Below are positions 24,550-36,250 of a stretch of 63,858 nucleotides of DNA, one piece after another. The number at the start of each line of letters is the position of its first letter. Position 1 is the first letter of the stretch. The stretch covers positions 806,001-869,858 of the forward strand of contig JANJGN010000071.1 of the NCBI GenBank assembly GCA_026770705.1, read 5' to 3'. The DNA is from Isurus oxyrinchus. Taxonomy: Eukaryota. Below the pieces are notes generated by a model. It made no database searches. It was not told the DNA's origin and saw only the letters and a list, made by a program, of their open reading frames with translations. The position numbers and the translations under genes were made by a program.

Positions 24550-24905
24550 AACAGTAAAAACTGGGACATAAGAGTCCTGCTCCAAACTGGTCTTGTATAG
24601 CTTAACGTATAACACCAGTAAAACTGGGAAATAAGAGTACTGCTCCAAACTGGTCTTGTATAGCTTAACATATAACACCAGTAAAACTGGGAAATAAGAG
24701 TCCTGGTCCAAACTGGTCTTGTATAGCTTAATATAGAACACCAGTAAAACTGGGAAATAAGAGTCCTGGTCCAAACTGGTCTTGCATAGCTTAATATAGA
24801 ACAACAGTAAAACTGGGAAATAAGATTACTGGTCCAAACTGGTCTTGTATAGAATAATATAGAACACCAGTAAAACTGCGAGATAAGAGTACTGATCTGA
24901 ACTGA
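24550..24905. repeat. ~60-bp tandem repeat, about 6 copies
   Basis: Unit cagtaaaactgggaaataagagtcctggtccaaactggtcttgtatagcttaatatagaacac. Confidence 0.9.
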
Positions 24906-24918
24906 TTTTTTGCTTCTG

Positions 24919-25380
24919 GGTGGGGAGGAGATTGAGCAGAATGGGTCCAGGGATGAGGGATTTTAGCTACAAGGTTGGGTTGGAGAAGCTGGGGTTGTTC
25001 TCCTTGGATCAAAGGAGATTGAGGGGGGATCTGATCGAGGTGTACAAGATGATGATGGGTTTAGATACGATAGACAAAGAGAAGCTATTGCCATTAGCTG
25101 ATGGTACAAGGACTGGGGGACACAGATTGAAGGTTTTGTGCAGAGGGAGTGATGTGAGGAGGAACTTTTTTATAGAGTGAGTGGTAATGAGCTGGAACTC
25201 GCTGCCTACGAGGATGGTGGAAGTGGAGACGATGAACGATTTCAAAAGGAAATTGGACGGACACTTGGAAATAAACTTGCAGGGATACGAGGACAGAGCG
25301 GGGGGAATGGGACTGAGTGGATTGCTCTACAGAGAAACAGCATGAACTGGATGGGCCAATGGCCTCCTTCTGTGTTCTGA
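24919..25380 (+). mobile_element. CR1 LINE 3' fragment, inverted relative to its near-identical copies at 590-1055 and 34410-34857
   Basis: ORF 24920-25180 GRRLSRMGPGMRDFSYKVGLEKLGLFSL... Confidence 0.9.
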
Positions 25381-25465
25381 GTGTCTGTGACCCTATTGAA
25401 AAATCAGAGGACAAATCCAAATTGTTTTCTGCTTGTCAGTTAACATCTGGAACTTTCTATTCCAG

Positions 25466-25753
25466 TTGCTCCAGATAAGCCAGTTATTGTGCTCCTGAAG
25501 GATTTACAGGAGGGGACTCCTGCACATATCATCTGTAAATGCCTCTACACCTGCCCTGATAACCACCCCAATCTAACCTGGAGTGAATTGCTGACTTCCT
25601 CGGTCAGCACCATCACAGAGAACGGTGGTGATGTTTCCGCTCCACTGACCTTTAACCCTTCGTTCAAGCATCATGGACGAACTCTCTGCTGTACGTGTGA
25701 CTACTCTCAAACCAGCCATCGAGTGGTCAACTCAGTTACTCTGAGTGTAAAGT
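25466..25753 (+). CDS. Siglec-like gene B, C2-set exon (domain 3, domain-2-like Cys pattern)
   Basis: Bounded by ttccag| and |gtaagt, 288 nt, open. VAPDKPVIVLLKDLQEGTPAHIICKCLYTCPDNHPNLTW...HHGRTLCCTCDY. Confidence 0.82.
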
Positions 25754-26261
25754 GTAAGTATTGGTTAGAACATCCTGCTTGTGATGGAGGGGGAGTCAGT
25801 CTCCTACTAAATCAGGCATTGGAGAAGGTGCAAGTGGGATTGACAAGGATGATTCCAGAACTGAGAGGTTATAACTATCAGGAAAGACTGAACAAGCTGG
25901 GCTTCTTTTCTCTAGAAAAGAGAAGGCTGAGGGGGTGACCTGATCGAGGTCCTTAAAATGGTGAAAGGGTTTCGATAGGGTAGATGTGGAGAAGATGTCT
26001 CCACTTGTCGGAGTGACGAAGAGTTAGGGGCCATCAATATAAGATCATCACTAATAAAATGGTGCACACTGCAAACAATGTGCGTTCATGGTGGAGGGAG
26101 TGAATGTTGAAGATGGTGGGTGGGATGCCAATCAATCGGGCTGCGTTGTCCTGGATGGTGTCGAGCTTCTTGAGTGTTGTTGGAGCTGCACTCATCCCGG
26201 CAACTGGAGAGAATTCCATCACACTCAGTGTTTAATGTGTTGATAATTTTGTATTTGAAAG

Positions 26262-26519
26262 ATTCTCCTCACAACACGTCTGTCAGGCTGACACTGGAAA
26301 AAGGAAAGGTGATTTCTCTAAGTTGTTCCAGTGACGAGAATCCAGCAGTCCACAATTTCACCTGGTTTAAGATCTCCCAAGGAAAGGTGACGAATCTGGC
26401 GCTCGCTGGTCAAACTATTACAGTTCCTTCTGGATTCGATGAGGAAATCTCCTACTACTGTGAAGCAACAAGTATCCTGGGCAGTTCCCAGTCTCTGCCC
26501 ATTAGAATTCCCACTGAAT
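26262..26519 (+). CDS. Siglec-like gene B, CD22/sialoadhesin-type C2-set exon (domain 4)
   Basis: Bounded by aaag| and |gtgagt, 258 nt, phase 1. YSPHNTSV...ISLSCSSDENPAVHNFTWFK...YYCEATSILGSSQS. Confidence 0.82.
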
Positions 26520-27024
26520 GTGAGTAATTTCAATCCTGACTTTTAAACAATTCCACATCTTGTCCAAACTCCGAGGTGAACCAAATCTCCCCTTGGGTGT
26601 TGCTGAAAACATGCTGTCGAAGGTTTCAGTCTCGTCAGGACAGAGTCACGAGAAAACCCAATCTCAAAGGGAACAGCCATTTCTGATGCGGGGGAAGAGG
26701 GCGTGCTGATTGGCTGGCAAGTCGACATTTCTCCACAGTTTGTTCACAATTCTCAGTGATGGTCACCATGAAACTACCAGATTGTTGTAAAAACCCTTCA
26801 GTACTGTCCCTCCAACAGTGCAGATCTCCCTCGCTACTGACTCTCTGATAGTGTAGCACCCTCTCAGTACTGACCTTCTGACATTGCAGGACTCCCTCAG
26901 TACTGAACTGAAGTGTCTGCCTGAATTAAGTTCTTTGTGGTGAAGGAACCTACATTGATATCACACCTTTCACATTCTCAGGGTCTCTCAAAGTGTTTCA
27001 CAGTCAATGTAAGTAACTGATCAG

Positions 27025-27306
27025 ACACACCACAGAATCTCTCAATTAATTCTCTTGATATAATTAACGCTTCATCGAACAATATAATTGAGGGGAATTC
27101 TGCAGTGATAATCTGCTCTGTCGAGAGCTTCCCAGCTTCTAACCTGACGTGGCGACATCTTAATGTCCCAATGAACAGAACAAGTTCCAACAATGAGCTG
27201 TGGTTGGTGATTCCTCACGTTACATCCAGGGACACGGGACACTATCAGTGTGCGGCAGAGAAGGAACATGGAGCAGTGGAGGGATTTATAACCATCTCTG
27301 TGGAAC
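27025..27306 (+). CDS. Siglec-like gene B, membrane-proximal Ig exon (domain 5)
   Basis: 282 nt, open, phase 1. YTPQNLSI...EGNSAVIICSVESFPASNLTW...DTGHYQCAAE. The acceptor (aactgatcag) has a weak pyrimidine tract. Confidence 0.78.
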
Positions 27307-27339
27307 GTGAGTTACACAGAATTGAACATTCTTGTGTTA

Positions 27340-28380
27340 TTAGCTCATGGGATGTGGGCATTGTTGACAAGACCAGAAATTATTGCCCATCTGTAACTGC
27401 CCCTTGAGAAGGTGGTGGTGAGCTGCCTTCTTTAACCACTGCAGTCCATGTGGTGTAGGCACACCCACAGTGCTGTTAGGGAGGGAGTTCCAGGATTTTG
27501 TCCCAGTGATGGTGAAGGAACGGCCGATATAGTTCCAAGTCACAGGGCAGACCACCACCTCAAGTTCACCTCCAAATCACACACCACACTGACTTGGAAC
27601 TGTCTTGGTGGAAGAGGTTAAGAGTTTGGAAGGTGCTGTCGAAGGAGCCTTGGTGAGTTGCTGCAGTGCATCTTGTAGATGGTGCACACTGCTGCCATTG
27701 TGTGCCAGTGGTGGAGGATATGAATGTTTATGCTGGTGGATGGGCTGTCGATCAAACAAGCTGCTCCTGGATGGTGTTGAGGTTCTTGAGTGTTGTTGGA
27801 GCTGCACTCATCCAGCCAAGTGGAGATTATTCCATCACACTCCTGACTTGTGCCTTGTCAATGGTGGACAGGCTTTGGGTGGTCAGGAGTTGAATTACTC
27901 ACCACAGAGTTCCCAGCCTCTGACCCGCTCTTGTAGCCACATTATTTCCTGTTGCCGGGTTGTTGCCAGGGCCAATAGCCTTTGCTGTATCCAGTATCAT
28001 CAGCTGATTCCTGATGTCACGTGGAGTCAATCGAATTGTCTGAAAGCTGACATCTGTGATGCTGGGACCCTCTGGAGGAGGCCGAGAAGGAGCATCCATT
28101 CAGCACTTCTGGCTGAACATGGTTGCCAATGCTTCAGCCTTGTTGTTTGCACTGATGTGCTGAGCTCCCCCATCATTAAGGATGGGGATATTTGTGGAGC
28201 ATCCTCCTCCGGTTAGATCATTAATTGTCCATCACCATTCATGACTGGATGTGGCAGGACTGCAGAGCTTAGATCTGACCCGTTGGTTGTGGGATCGCTT
28301 TGCTCTGTCTATAGCATGTTGTTTCCGCTGTTTGGCGTGTATGTAGTCCTGTGTGTCACCTCAGCAGCTTGGCACCTCTG
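27340..28380 (-). mobile_element. Non-LTR retrotransposon (CR1/L2 group) fragments
   Basis: RSFTITGTKSWNSLPNSTVG and IRLTPRDI...LDTAKAIGP. Confidence 0.8.
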
Positions 28381-28570
28381 TTATATGTGAATCCTCCTTA
28401 TAGAAACCTGCATGTACATGGATATTATCAATAAATATTACATAGATAAATGTTATTTGTATAAATCTTTCATGCATAGACAATATCACTTCACAAGTTC
28501 AGAATTACTACATGTACATAGGGAACCATTCTCAATCTGTACCGGAGTCATTCATTGGCTGATTTTACAG

Positions 28571-28667
28571 GGCGAGATTCCAATGAATGGAAAGCAGGAT
28601 TGCTTGGAGCTGGAATCTGTTTGAGTGTTGGACTGAGTGGATTCTTCATTTTCAAGTGTGTGAGAAA
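28571..28667 (+). CDS. Siglec-like gene B, transmembrane exon (divergent inhibitory-type)
   Basis: Bounded by ttttacag| and |gtaagt, 97 nt as in gene A. Reads RRDSNEWKAGLLGAGICLSVGLSGFFIFKCVRK. Confidence 0.8.
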
Positions 28668-28974
28668 GTAAGTGTGAAGGTTTAATTGGTTGTTTTCGAA
28701 AATGTTTTCTTCAAACTTCTCTCCTTATAGAAAGAACTTTCATTTCTATAGCACCTTTTACAACCCAAACCCCTTCACAGCCCCTGAAGAATTTTGATGT
28801 TCACCTACTGTTTAACATCTCATCCAACACTCAATGTTTCACAACTCAGACCTGTAACAGGCAGTGTTGACCCGGACCATAAGATACCTTGTGACCTACT
28901 GAGGATGTGAAAGGTGCTATATAAATGAAAACCTTTCTTTTGTTAGTGAATGCAATCTCTTTCCTTTTTCCATG

Positions 28975-29245
28975 TTTCATTCACTCTCTCTTATCTCCAC
29001 TAATGTTGGCCTTCTCATTCTCTCTCTCTCTCATTCACTCTCTCTCCAATCTCCACTAACGCTCTATTTCTCATTCTCTCTCTCATTCACTCTCTCTCTT
29101 ATCTCCACTAATGCTCTCCTTCTCATTCTCGCTCTCATTCACTCTCTCTCCAGTCTCCACTAATGCTCTCCTTCTCATTCTCTCTCTCATTCACTCTCTC
29201 TCCTATCTCCACTAATGCTCTCCTTCTCATTCTCTCTCTCGTCCT
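28975..29245. repeat. ~48-bp CT-rich tandem repeat
   Basis: Recurrent cattcactctctct...atctccactaatgctctccttctcattctc. Confidence 0.8.
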
Positions 29246-31302
29246 CTTACACAATGTTCAGTCTCTCACATTTTTAAGGAGTGCTGAGCAACATCTGCTC
29301 CTTCAGAAGATCCACCTCAACACCTGGAGTGAGCAGTGAATTGAAACTCGCTCACCAACTGCTCAGCTTTACACAGGAATCACGTCACAGAGTCAGGACA
29401 CAAAGGGTTAACAGTTTGTTTACAACACAACACTAAGGCCCTACGTTTCAGTGAAAGGGTTTTCACAATTGTTCCCCAATTCCTGATTTTACTCACAGAG
29501 AAACATCAACCCTTTCTCATTAAATACACAGAGGGAGCAGCACAGGAAGAGGTCATTCAGCCCAAGCAGAGCGTGTGGGCAGTTCCTCCCCAGGCGAGTA
29601 GTCGGACAGGTCCTGGGTAAGTAACGGAACGATTGGAATTCACTTCCATGACCAACACCATCCTTTGTTGATGTTGTGACTTTATAAAGACAGATTCCAA
29701 TAACTGATGCCTTTGAAAGATTTCTACTGGTTATTGACATCTGGATGTGAGTCTCAGGTCTGTTGTACAGAACATCTTTCTAGCTCAAGGGATGAGGGAA
29801 GTGCAGAGACATGAGCTTTGGGGCATCCTGAGGAGGTGAAAGGTGCTATAGAAATGCAAATCCTTCATTGATTTTCTTTCTTAAAGCCTTGTAACTCTCT
29901 GCAGAGCACCTATCATCCCACAGAGAATCAAATTCTTCTGTGAAGATATTGTCTAAAAGCTGTTCTGATCTCTTGAAAGCTGTCGGACAATAGGTGAAGT
30001 CTCATTAACTCCTTTCTCTTTCACAGCTTGAGAGTGAGAAGTGGATGGACTATCTGGGAGTGGACAATGATCGGGAAATCTTACTTCCTCCTGTGACTTC
30101 TCCAAGGTAATATCATCGTCAGTATGGACAGATTTATGTTTAACAGTTTTTGTAAAAGATCATTCTTATCTCTTTATCTCTGTAACGTCCTGCAACTCAA
30201 CCAAACAACTTCCCAGATCTCTGTGTTACTCCAATTCCGGCCTCTTGACCATCCCCCGATTCCCATCACTCCAATAGTGGCGGCCGTGCCTTCAGCTGCC
30301 TGGGGCCTGAGCTCTGGAATTCACTCCCTAAACCTCGGCGATGGAGGAGATCAGAGGGTTTCATTTTACTGAGAATCACCACGACCACATCACAGCTGCA
30401 GTCAGAATAGACAGAGAGTCCAGCCCTCACACTTCCTGCACAGTTTCACCATAGCAACCACAATAAGGAAGTAAAATAACTGAAAGTTAAACCGAAGCCA
30501 AACCAGTCGGTGTAGAGAGATGAGATGTTTACACAGTTTCCCTGTGTATCTTGTAGACACTGTGTTGGGTGGAAGACTGGCTTCAGTAAACAGAGTCCTG
30601 AGGACCATGAGCCAATGTAGAATGAACTTGTCCACTCCTGTGTCCAGGATTCTCTTCCATCCATTGTGAAACCTTGGGGACTTCCTTGTGTGTCCTGTAG
30701 ATGGTCCTCACTGCAGCCACTGTGCCCCAGTGATGGAGGGGGTGGATATCGAGTCTAGTGGATTGACAAACCATCCAGAGTTAAATATTGATATTTATAT
30801 TACCCTGTAACCCGGCTTCACGGTTCTGGTAAGTGCTGCGTTATAATTACTCAACAATTCACATCCAACACTCAATGGGAAATAACACTAACTGTGACGT
30901 TTACATATTAACACAAAACACAGCTTATTATAACACACTGTCTGATTCTCAATAACCTGGTGATCGCTTCCAGTTCAGTCCTAAAGCAACCTCTAATACT
31001 CACTTTAATATCAATGATGAAAAGCATTAACTGTATTATCAGGTTACCACTCCCATCAATCTCTCCTGTCCTGTTTAAAAGTCTGACGTATCGATAAAAG
31101 AAAGATGTGCATTTCTGCTGCGCAATTTACCACCTCAGGAGGATCCAAATCCCTTCACAGCCAATGAAATTATTCCTGAATTGTAGTCACAGATGTTAAA
31201 CACAGCAGGCAGTTTGTGCACAGCAAGATCCAACAAACCACAAGGTGATAAATCACCCAGATCACTGAGGAAATGAGAAGCCAGTGAACTCAAACCTCTG
31301 GT

Positions 31303-31435
31303 CTGATGAAGAGTCATACGGACTCGAAACGTTAACCCTGTCTTCCTCTCCACTGATACTGTCAGACCTGCTGAGTCTTTCCAGCAATTTTTGTTTTGGT
31401 TTCAGATTTCCAGCATCCGCAGTATTCTGCTTTTA
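31303..31435 (+). mobile_element. Short Penelope-type element beginning with a minimal hammerhead-ribozyme-like motif, flanked by 20-bp direct repeats
   Basis: CTGATGA-A-GAGTC-atacg-GACTC-GAAAC-GTT. Flanks 31287-31306 and 31435-31454 match at 18/20. Empty site in gene A near 5375-5391. Confidence 0.65.
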
Positions 31436-31686
31436 ACTCCAATCTCTGGTCTGAGCCTCTTCTCTCATCCAGTGTTCTCAATTCACATGTCTCGGAGTGA
31501 ACGTGTATTAAGCTGAGAGACAGAAACACTACTGCCAAAGAGCAAGAAAATCTTTCCTGATCATTGTAACCTCTCAGTTCTGACATCATCCTTGTAAAAG
31601 TGCTTTCTCTTGTGGGACTGTGGTTTCTATTTGAACTGATGCTTCACGTTATATTTCTCTAAAAGGATCCATTCTCTGTCTGTTAG

Positions 31687-31983
31687 ATTTCACAGATAAA
31701 CCCACGATATTCCCTGCTGAAATTATTGCAGGAAAGCGTGTGGATGTAAGCTGCACCTTCAACACAACGTGCAATGGAACAGCAGCACCTGTCTTAACCT
31801 GGGACACTCCCACTGACGTCCCTGGATCACTCTCAAACACTGTAACTCAGCATGGTGTCACTCTGACCTATACTTCTGTTCTGACCCTGATCCCATCACT
31901 CAAACACCACGGACACACTCTCAGCTGCAGAGTGAGATATCCATCTGTTTCATCGGAGCGGACCCTCGTACTAACTGTGCAAG
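31687..31983 (+). CDS. Gene C, intact C2-set exon (domain 2)
   Basis: 297 nt with canonical splice sites; nearly identical to the exons of genes A and B. Confidence 0.75.
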
Positions 31984-34136
31984 GTAATTACATACACTTT
32001 CATTCTACATCAGCACTCCCTCAGCGCTGACCCTCTGACAGTGCAGCCCATTCTCAGTATCCACATTCTAAGGCCTCTCTAAGTGCTTCAAAGTCGATAG
32101 AAGTTAATTGATCTTTATTTGATTATTGCTGAATGAAGAGACAAGCTGTCTAAACTTTACATCTCGCACACACCATTCTCCATGGCAACACCTCCACCTA
32201 TCAGAGACCACTTGCCAACCAATCAGCACTCTCTTCCCATTAAGTATAAATTGTTGTTCACTTTCTGTTGGTAATCCTGTGAACGGGCTTCTTGATTCCT
32301 GCCCTGACATCTTAATGTCCCAATGAACAGAACAACTTCCAACAATGAGCTGTGGTTAGTGATTCCTCACATTACATCCAGGGACACTGGAGACTATCAG
32401 TGTGTGGCAGAGAATGAACATGGAGCAGTGGAGGGATTCATAACCATCACTGTGGAACGTGAGTGTACACAGACTTCAACATCTCTCGCAGATTCGAACA
32501 CGACACAAACACCCTCAAACATACACATCTAAGTAGACACATGCAGACACACATATATGACCACACAGAAAGACACACTCACACACAAACACACTAACAC
32601 ACACTCCCCTGTGGGCTACCTGACCTCCCTCAGTACTGCCCTGGAGAGTTGGCCTGAATTCTGGGATTTGTGTTCCCATTCATATTTATGCAAGAATATG
32701 GAAATTACAAAGTCTATTACAGACAGTCAGATGCATAGAGACACTCACAGATACTCTCTGCCTCTCCAACTCTCTCTCTCCCTTTAAGAAGCTTCCTGAA
32801 AGCTCACCCTTCGAACAATCACCGGTCCCAAATCCTCCTTATCTGATTTGTGTGATTTTCTTTGTGTATTTGAGAGTAAGCGAGAGGTGGAGAGGTTTAG
32901 GAGGAGAATTCCTGTTGGTGAAAAGCTTACATCATGTTCTCACCTTTCCAGTGCCCATATTTTACATGATGTCCAATGTCCTTGTTCATAATGGGAATTG
33001 CCTATGTAAACATCACGCTGTAGTTACAGTCTCCTACCAGTGGTGGCATTGTAGCACTTAATCCTTGTGTTTCCCAGCTTTTCAAGCAACTCCACTTCCC
33101 AGTTTGCTCCACAAGCTGTGAGTTCATTGGAATTCAATTATTTCTCAAACGGTAGATTTGATGTCATTTTATTGAAAACTTCCTCAGTGCCTCCCTGAAG
33201 GGTTGACACTCTCTGGGAAGCAGGAATAGGCTGGATGTTGGGGAGTTCATCTTTTCCCAAAGAGTAGTGATCCTCGGGAATGTGCTGTCAGTGGGTGTGG
33301 TGGTTGCTGATTCTCTGTCGCCTTCAAGAGGGATCTGGAGTCGTTACTGACTGGGGGAGAGATCATGGAAACGGAGAATGATACAGCACAGGAGGAGGCC
33401 ATTCAGTCCATTGTGCCTGTGCCAGGTCTTTCAATGTTCTATCCAATCAGATCCAATAACCACCATTCCAATTTGCCACCATCTTCCTCCTTTAAGTATT
33501 TATCCAATTTCCCTTTTGAAAGTTCCTATTGAATCTGCTTCCACCGCCCTTTCAGGCAGCACCTTCCAGATCACAACAACTCGCTCTGTCAAAACAAATT
33601 CTCCTCATCTCCCCCTCTGGTTCGTCAATCTGTGTCCCTCTGGTTACCGAGCCTCCTGCCCCTTAAGTACATTGATACTGTTCACCTCAACCACTCCCTG
33701 TGGGAGCGAGTTCCACATTCTCCCCTCTCTCTGGGTAAAGATTGGAACTGTTTATTAAGTGAGGCCTGTAAGTCCGTGGGGGAGTCCATCTCGATCCTGC
33801 CCGATTCGTACACGCGTCCGAGATGGATTTCCACCCTGCACTAAACGTTTCCAGAATTTTCTACAGCACAATCCTGTACACAACGATTGGGAGAAACATT
33901 GGACAGGGAGTCCAACAGCACAATGATCCATTCTCACCAATGTTCCACGCTAAGGGGAAAGTTCCGATTGTCCACTCTTAGAGTGTTTACAATGAAAACA
34001 TTCATTCCACATTGAATCCCAGTGGATGGGTCAATATTACAACAAATGTTGCAGTGATATGAAGCTTGATTGTTCAGCCAGAGTGAGAGATTGAAAGCGG
34101 AGAGTCAGTGATGATTTCTTTCTGTGTGTTCTCTAG

Positions 34137-34255
34137 ACAGTGGAGGAGAGATTCTGCACGTGATCCTGATCCTGGGAATACGAGCTGTGATATTCCTTGT
34201 GGCTGTGGTTATCACTATCGCTGGAGTCTGTGTCTGGGAGAGACAAACAGTGAAA
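34137..34255 (+). CDS. Activating-type transmembrane exon with intramembrane Arg
   Basis: Acceptor ctctag|, phase 1: SGGEILHVILILGIRAVIFLVAVVITIAGVCVWERQTVK, Arg codon CGA at 34181-34183. Ends at a GC-type donor |gcaagt, or reads through to TGA at 34274-34276. Confidence 0.78.
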
Positions 34256-34409
34256 GCAAGTCGACAGACTGTTTGAAGCTTTGTACAGCAACAATCTGGT
34301 CAGTCAGTGTGGACAAATAACGTGTGATGTTGGGTTAAGTTGTAATGAAACTGGTCAGTGTCCTGGTTAGAATCACCTTCGTATCAGAGAGGCATTCCAG
34401 CACAGTGGG

Positions 34410-34992
34410 AGCCCATTCAGCCCATTGAGTCCATGCTGTCTCTCTGTAGAGCAATACAGTCAGTCCCATTTCCCCCGCTCTATCCCCGTATCCCTGCAAG
34501 TTTATTTCCCCTCAAGTGTCCAACCAATTTCCTTTTGAAATCGTTCGTCTCCGCTTCCACCATCCTCGTAGGCAGCGAGTTCCAGCTCATTACCACTCGC
34601 TGTGTAAAAAAGTTACTCCTCACATCCCCCCTCTGCCCAAAACCTTCAATCTGTGTCCCCCAGTCCTTGTCCCATCAGCTAATGGCAACAGCTTCTCTTT
34701 GTCTGCCTTATCTAAACCCATCATCATCTTGTACACCTCGATCAGATCCCCCCTCAATCTCCTTTGCTCCAAGGAGAACAACCCCAGCTTCTCCAACCCA
34801 ACCTTGTAGCTAAAATCCCTCATCCCTGGACCCATTCTGCTCAATCTCCTCCCCACCCTCTCAAGGACCCTCACTTCCTTCCCAAAGTGAGGAGACCAGA
34901 ACTGGACACAATACTCTAGTTGTCACCTAAACAGAGCTTTATAAATGTTCAGCATAACCTCCCTGTGTTTGTACTCAATCCCTCGATTTATG
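34410..34992 (-). mobile_element. CR1 LINE 3' fragment
   Basis: Near-identical to 600-1190. Confidence 0.9.
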
Positions 34993-35699
34993 AAAAGCTT
35001 ATTCTTTCCATCAGCACAAACAGCAATTTCCAAGCGGACTCCCATCAGCAGACAGAGTGCAATGAAACATCGGCATGCCTGCTTCTTAATGTACGGAGAG
35101 AAACCTGGAACGAGAGATTCTCCTTCTTCTCCTCAGCAAGCTGAAACTTTTCCTTATACCTGGTGCTCCCCAGTCCTGCTGTGTGGACACATCATAACCA
35201 TGGCATTGTCTGGCTGTGTGCAGCCAACATGGTCGAATAGGAATGAACAGAAATGTGACATTGCTAAACTCTGTTCTCTGATTGGAATGTGCTTTCTGAA
35301 TGCTGCACCTTTTTCATGCTGCAATAGATTGTAAGAAGCATTTGGGTTATGAATAAAATTACATTGATTAACACAAGTGATTAAAATGCTCAGGCTGTTC
35401 TGTAGATATTTAAAGATTAAAATTCTTGTTTTGCTGCAAAATACTTGGCTCAAAGACATTACTTCATATTGTCATGTTTTCCAATCAGATGAATTCCTCT
35501 GTCCATCTTTATAATAGAAATTTCCAATGTAAACATGTCACATTGTAGCTGCACACACTTGCCAGTGGCTGGTGTGATATCAAAGCTGTCTTGCTGTCGA
35601 GAAACAGCGAGAAATATTCCTGTTGTGTGCATGAACTTCATGTTAGCATGAGACACAGGCATCAGATACAATTTTGTGCAATTTGTACAATGTTCTTTA

Positions 35700-36250
35700 G
35701 ACAGCGGAGCACTCCCTCAGTACTGACCCTCCAACAGTGCTGCACTCCCTCAGTTCAGACCCTCCTACAGTGCAGCACTCCCTCAGATCAGACCCTCCGA
35801 CAATGCAGCACTCCCTCAGTTCAAACCCTCCGACAGTGCAGCACTCCCTCAGTTCAGACCCTCCGACTTTGCAGCACTCCCTCAGTTCAAACCCTCAGAC
35901 AGTGCAGCACTCCCTCAGTTCAGAACCTCCGACAGTGCAGCACTCTCTCAGTTCAGACCCTCCGACAGTGCAGCCCTCCCTCATTTCAGACCCTCCGACA
36001 GTGCAGCACTCCCTCAGTTCAGGCCTCCGACAGTGCAGCACTCCTTCAGTTCAGACCCTCCGACAGTGCAGCACTCCCTCAGTTCAAACCATCCGACAGT
36101 GCAGCACTCCCTCAGTTCAAACCCTCCGACAGTGCAGCTCTCCCTCAGTTCAGAGCCTCCGACAGTGCAGCACTCCCTCAGTTCAGACCCTCCGACAGTG
36201 CAGCACTCCCTCAGTACTGAACCTCCGACAGTGCCGCACTACCTCAGTAC
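35700..36250 (+). repeat. 32-bp DeuSINE-derived tandem array
   Basis: Tandem cagttcagaccctccgacagtgcagcactccct units; paralogous to 1885-2560. Confidence 0.9.

Larger units (their letters stand above)
30067..35065 (+). pseudogene. Siglec-like gene C: decayed activating-type receptor
   Basis: Leader 30067-30106 has TCA>TGA at 30094-30096. The V exon is deleted except for its last ~30 nt (30798-30828). C2 exon 31687-31983 is intact. A 5'-truncated Ig exon lies at about 32305-32458. TM exon 34137-34255 contains an Arg. Short tail exon at 35015-35065. Confidence 0.8.

Noticed and set aside
29279-29339. Possible cytoplasmic exon for gene B (KSAEQHLLLQKIHLNTWSEQ*)
   Set aside because: Phase-compatible after tttttaag, but no homology to the other tail exons and no motif; unsupported without RNA data.
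33750-34060. Unique-looking sequence with small Cys-containing ORFs, also at 23930-24350 and 52560-52990
   Set aside because: No convincing splice sites, family motif or hepcidin-like Cys spacing.
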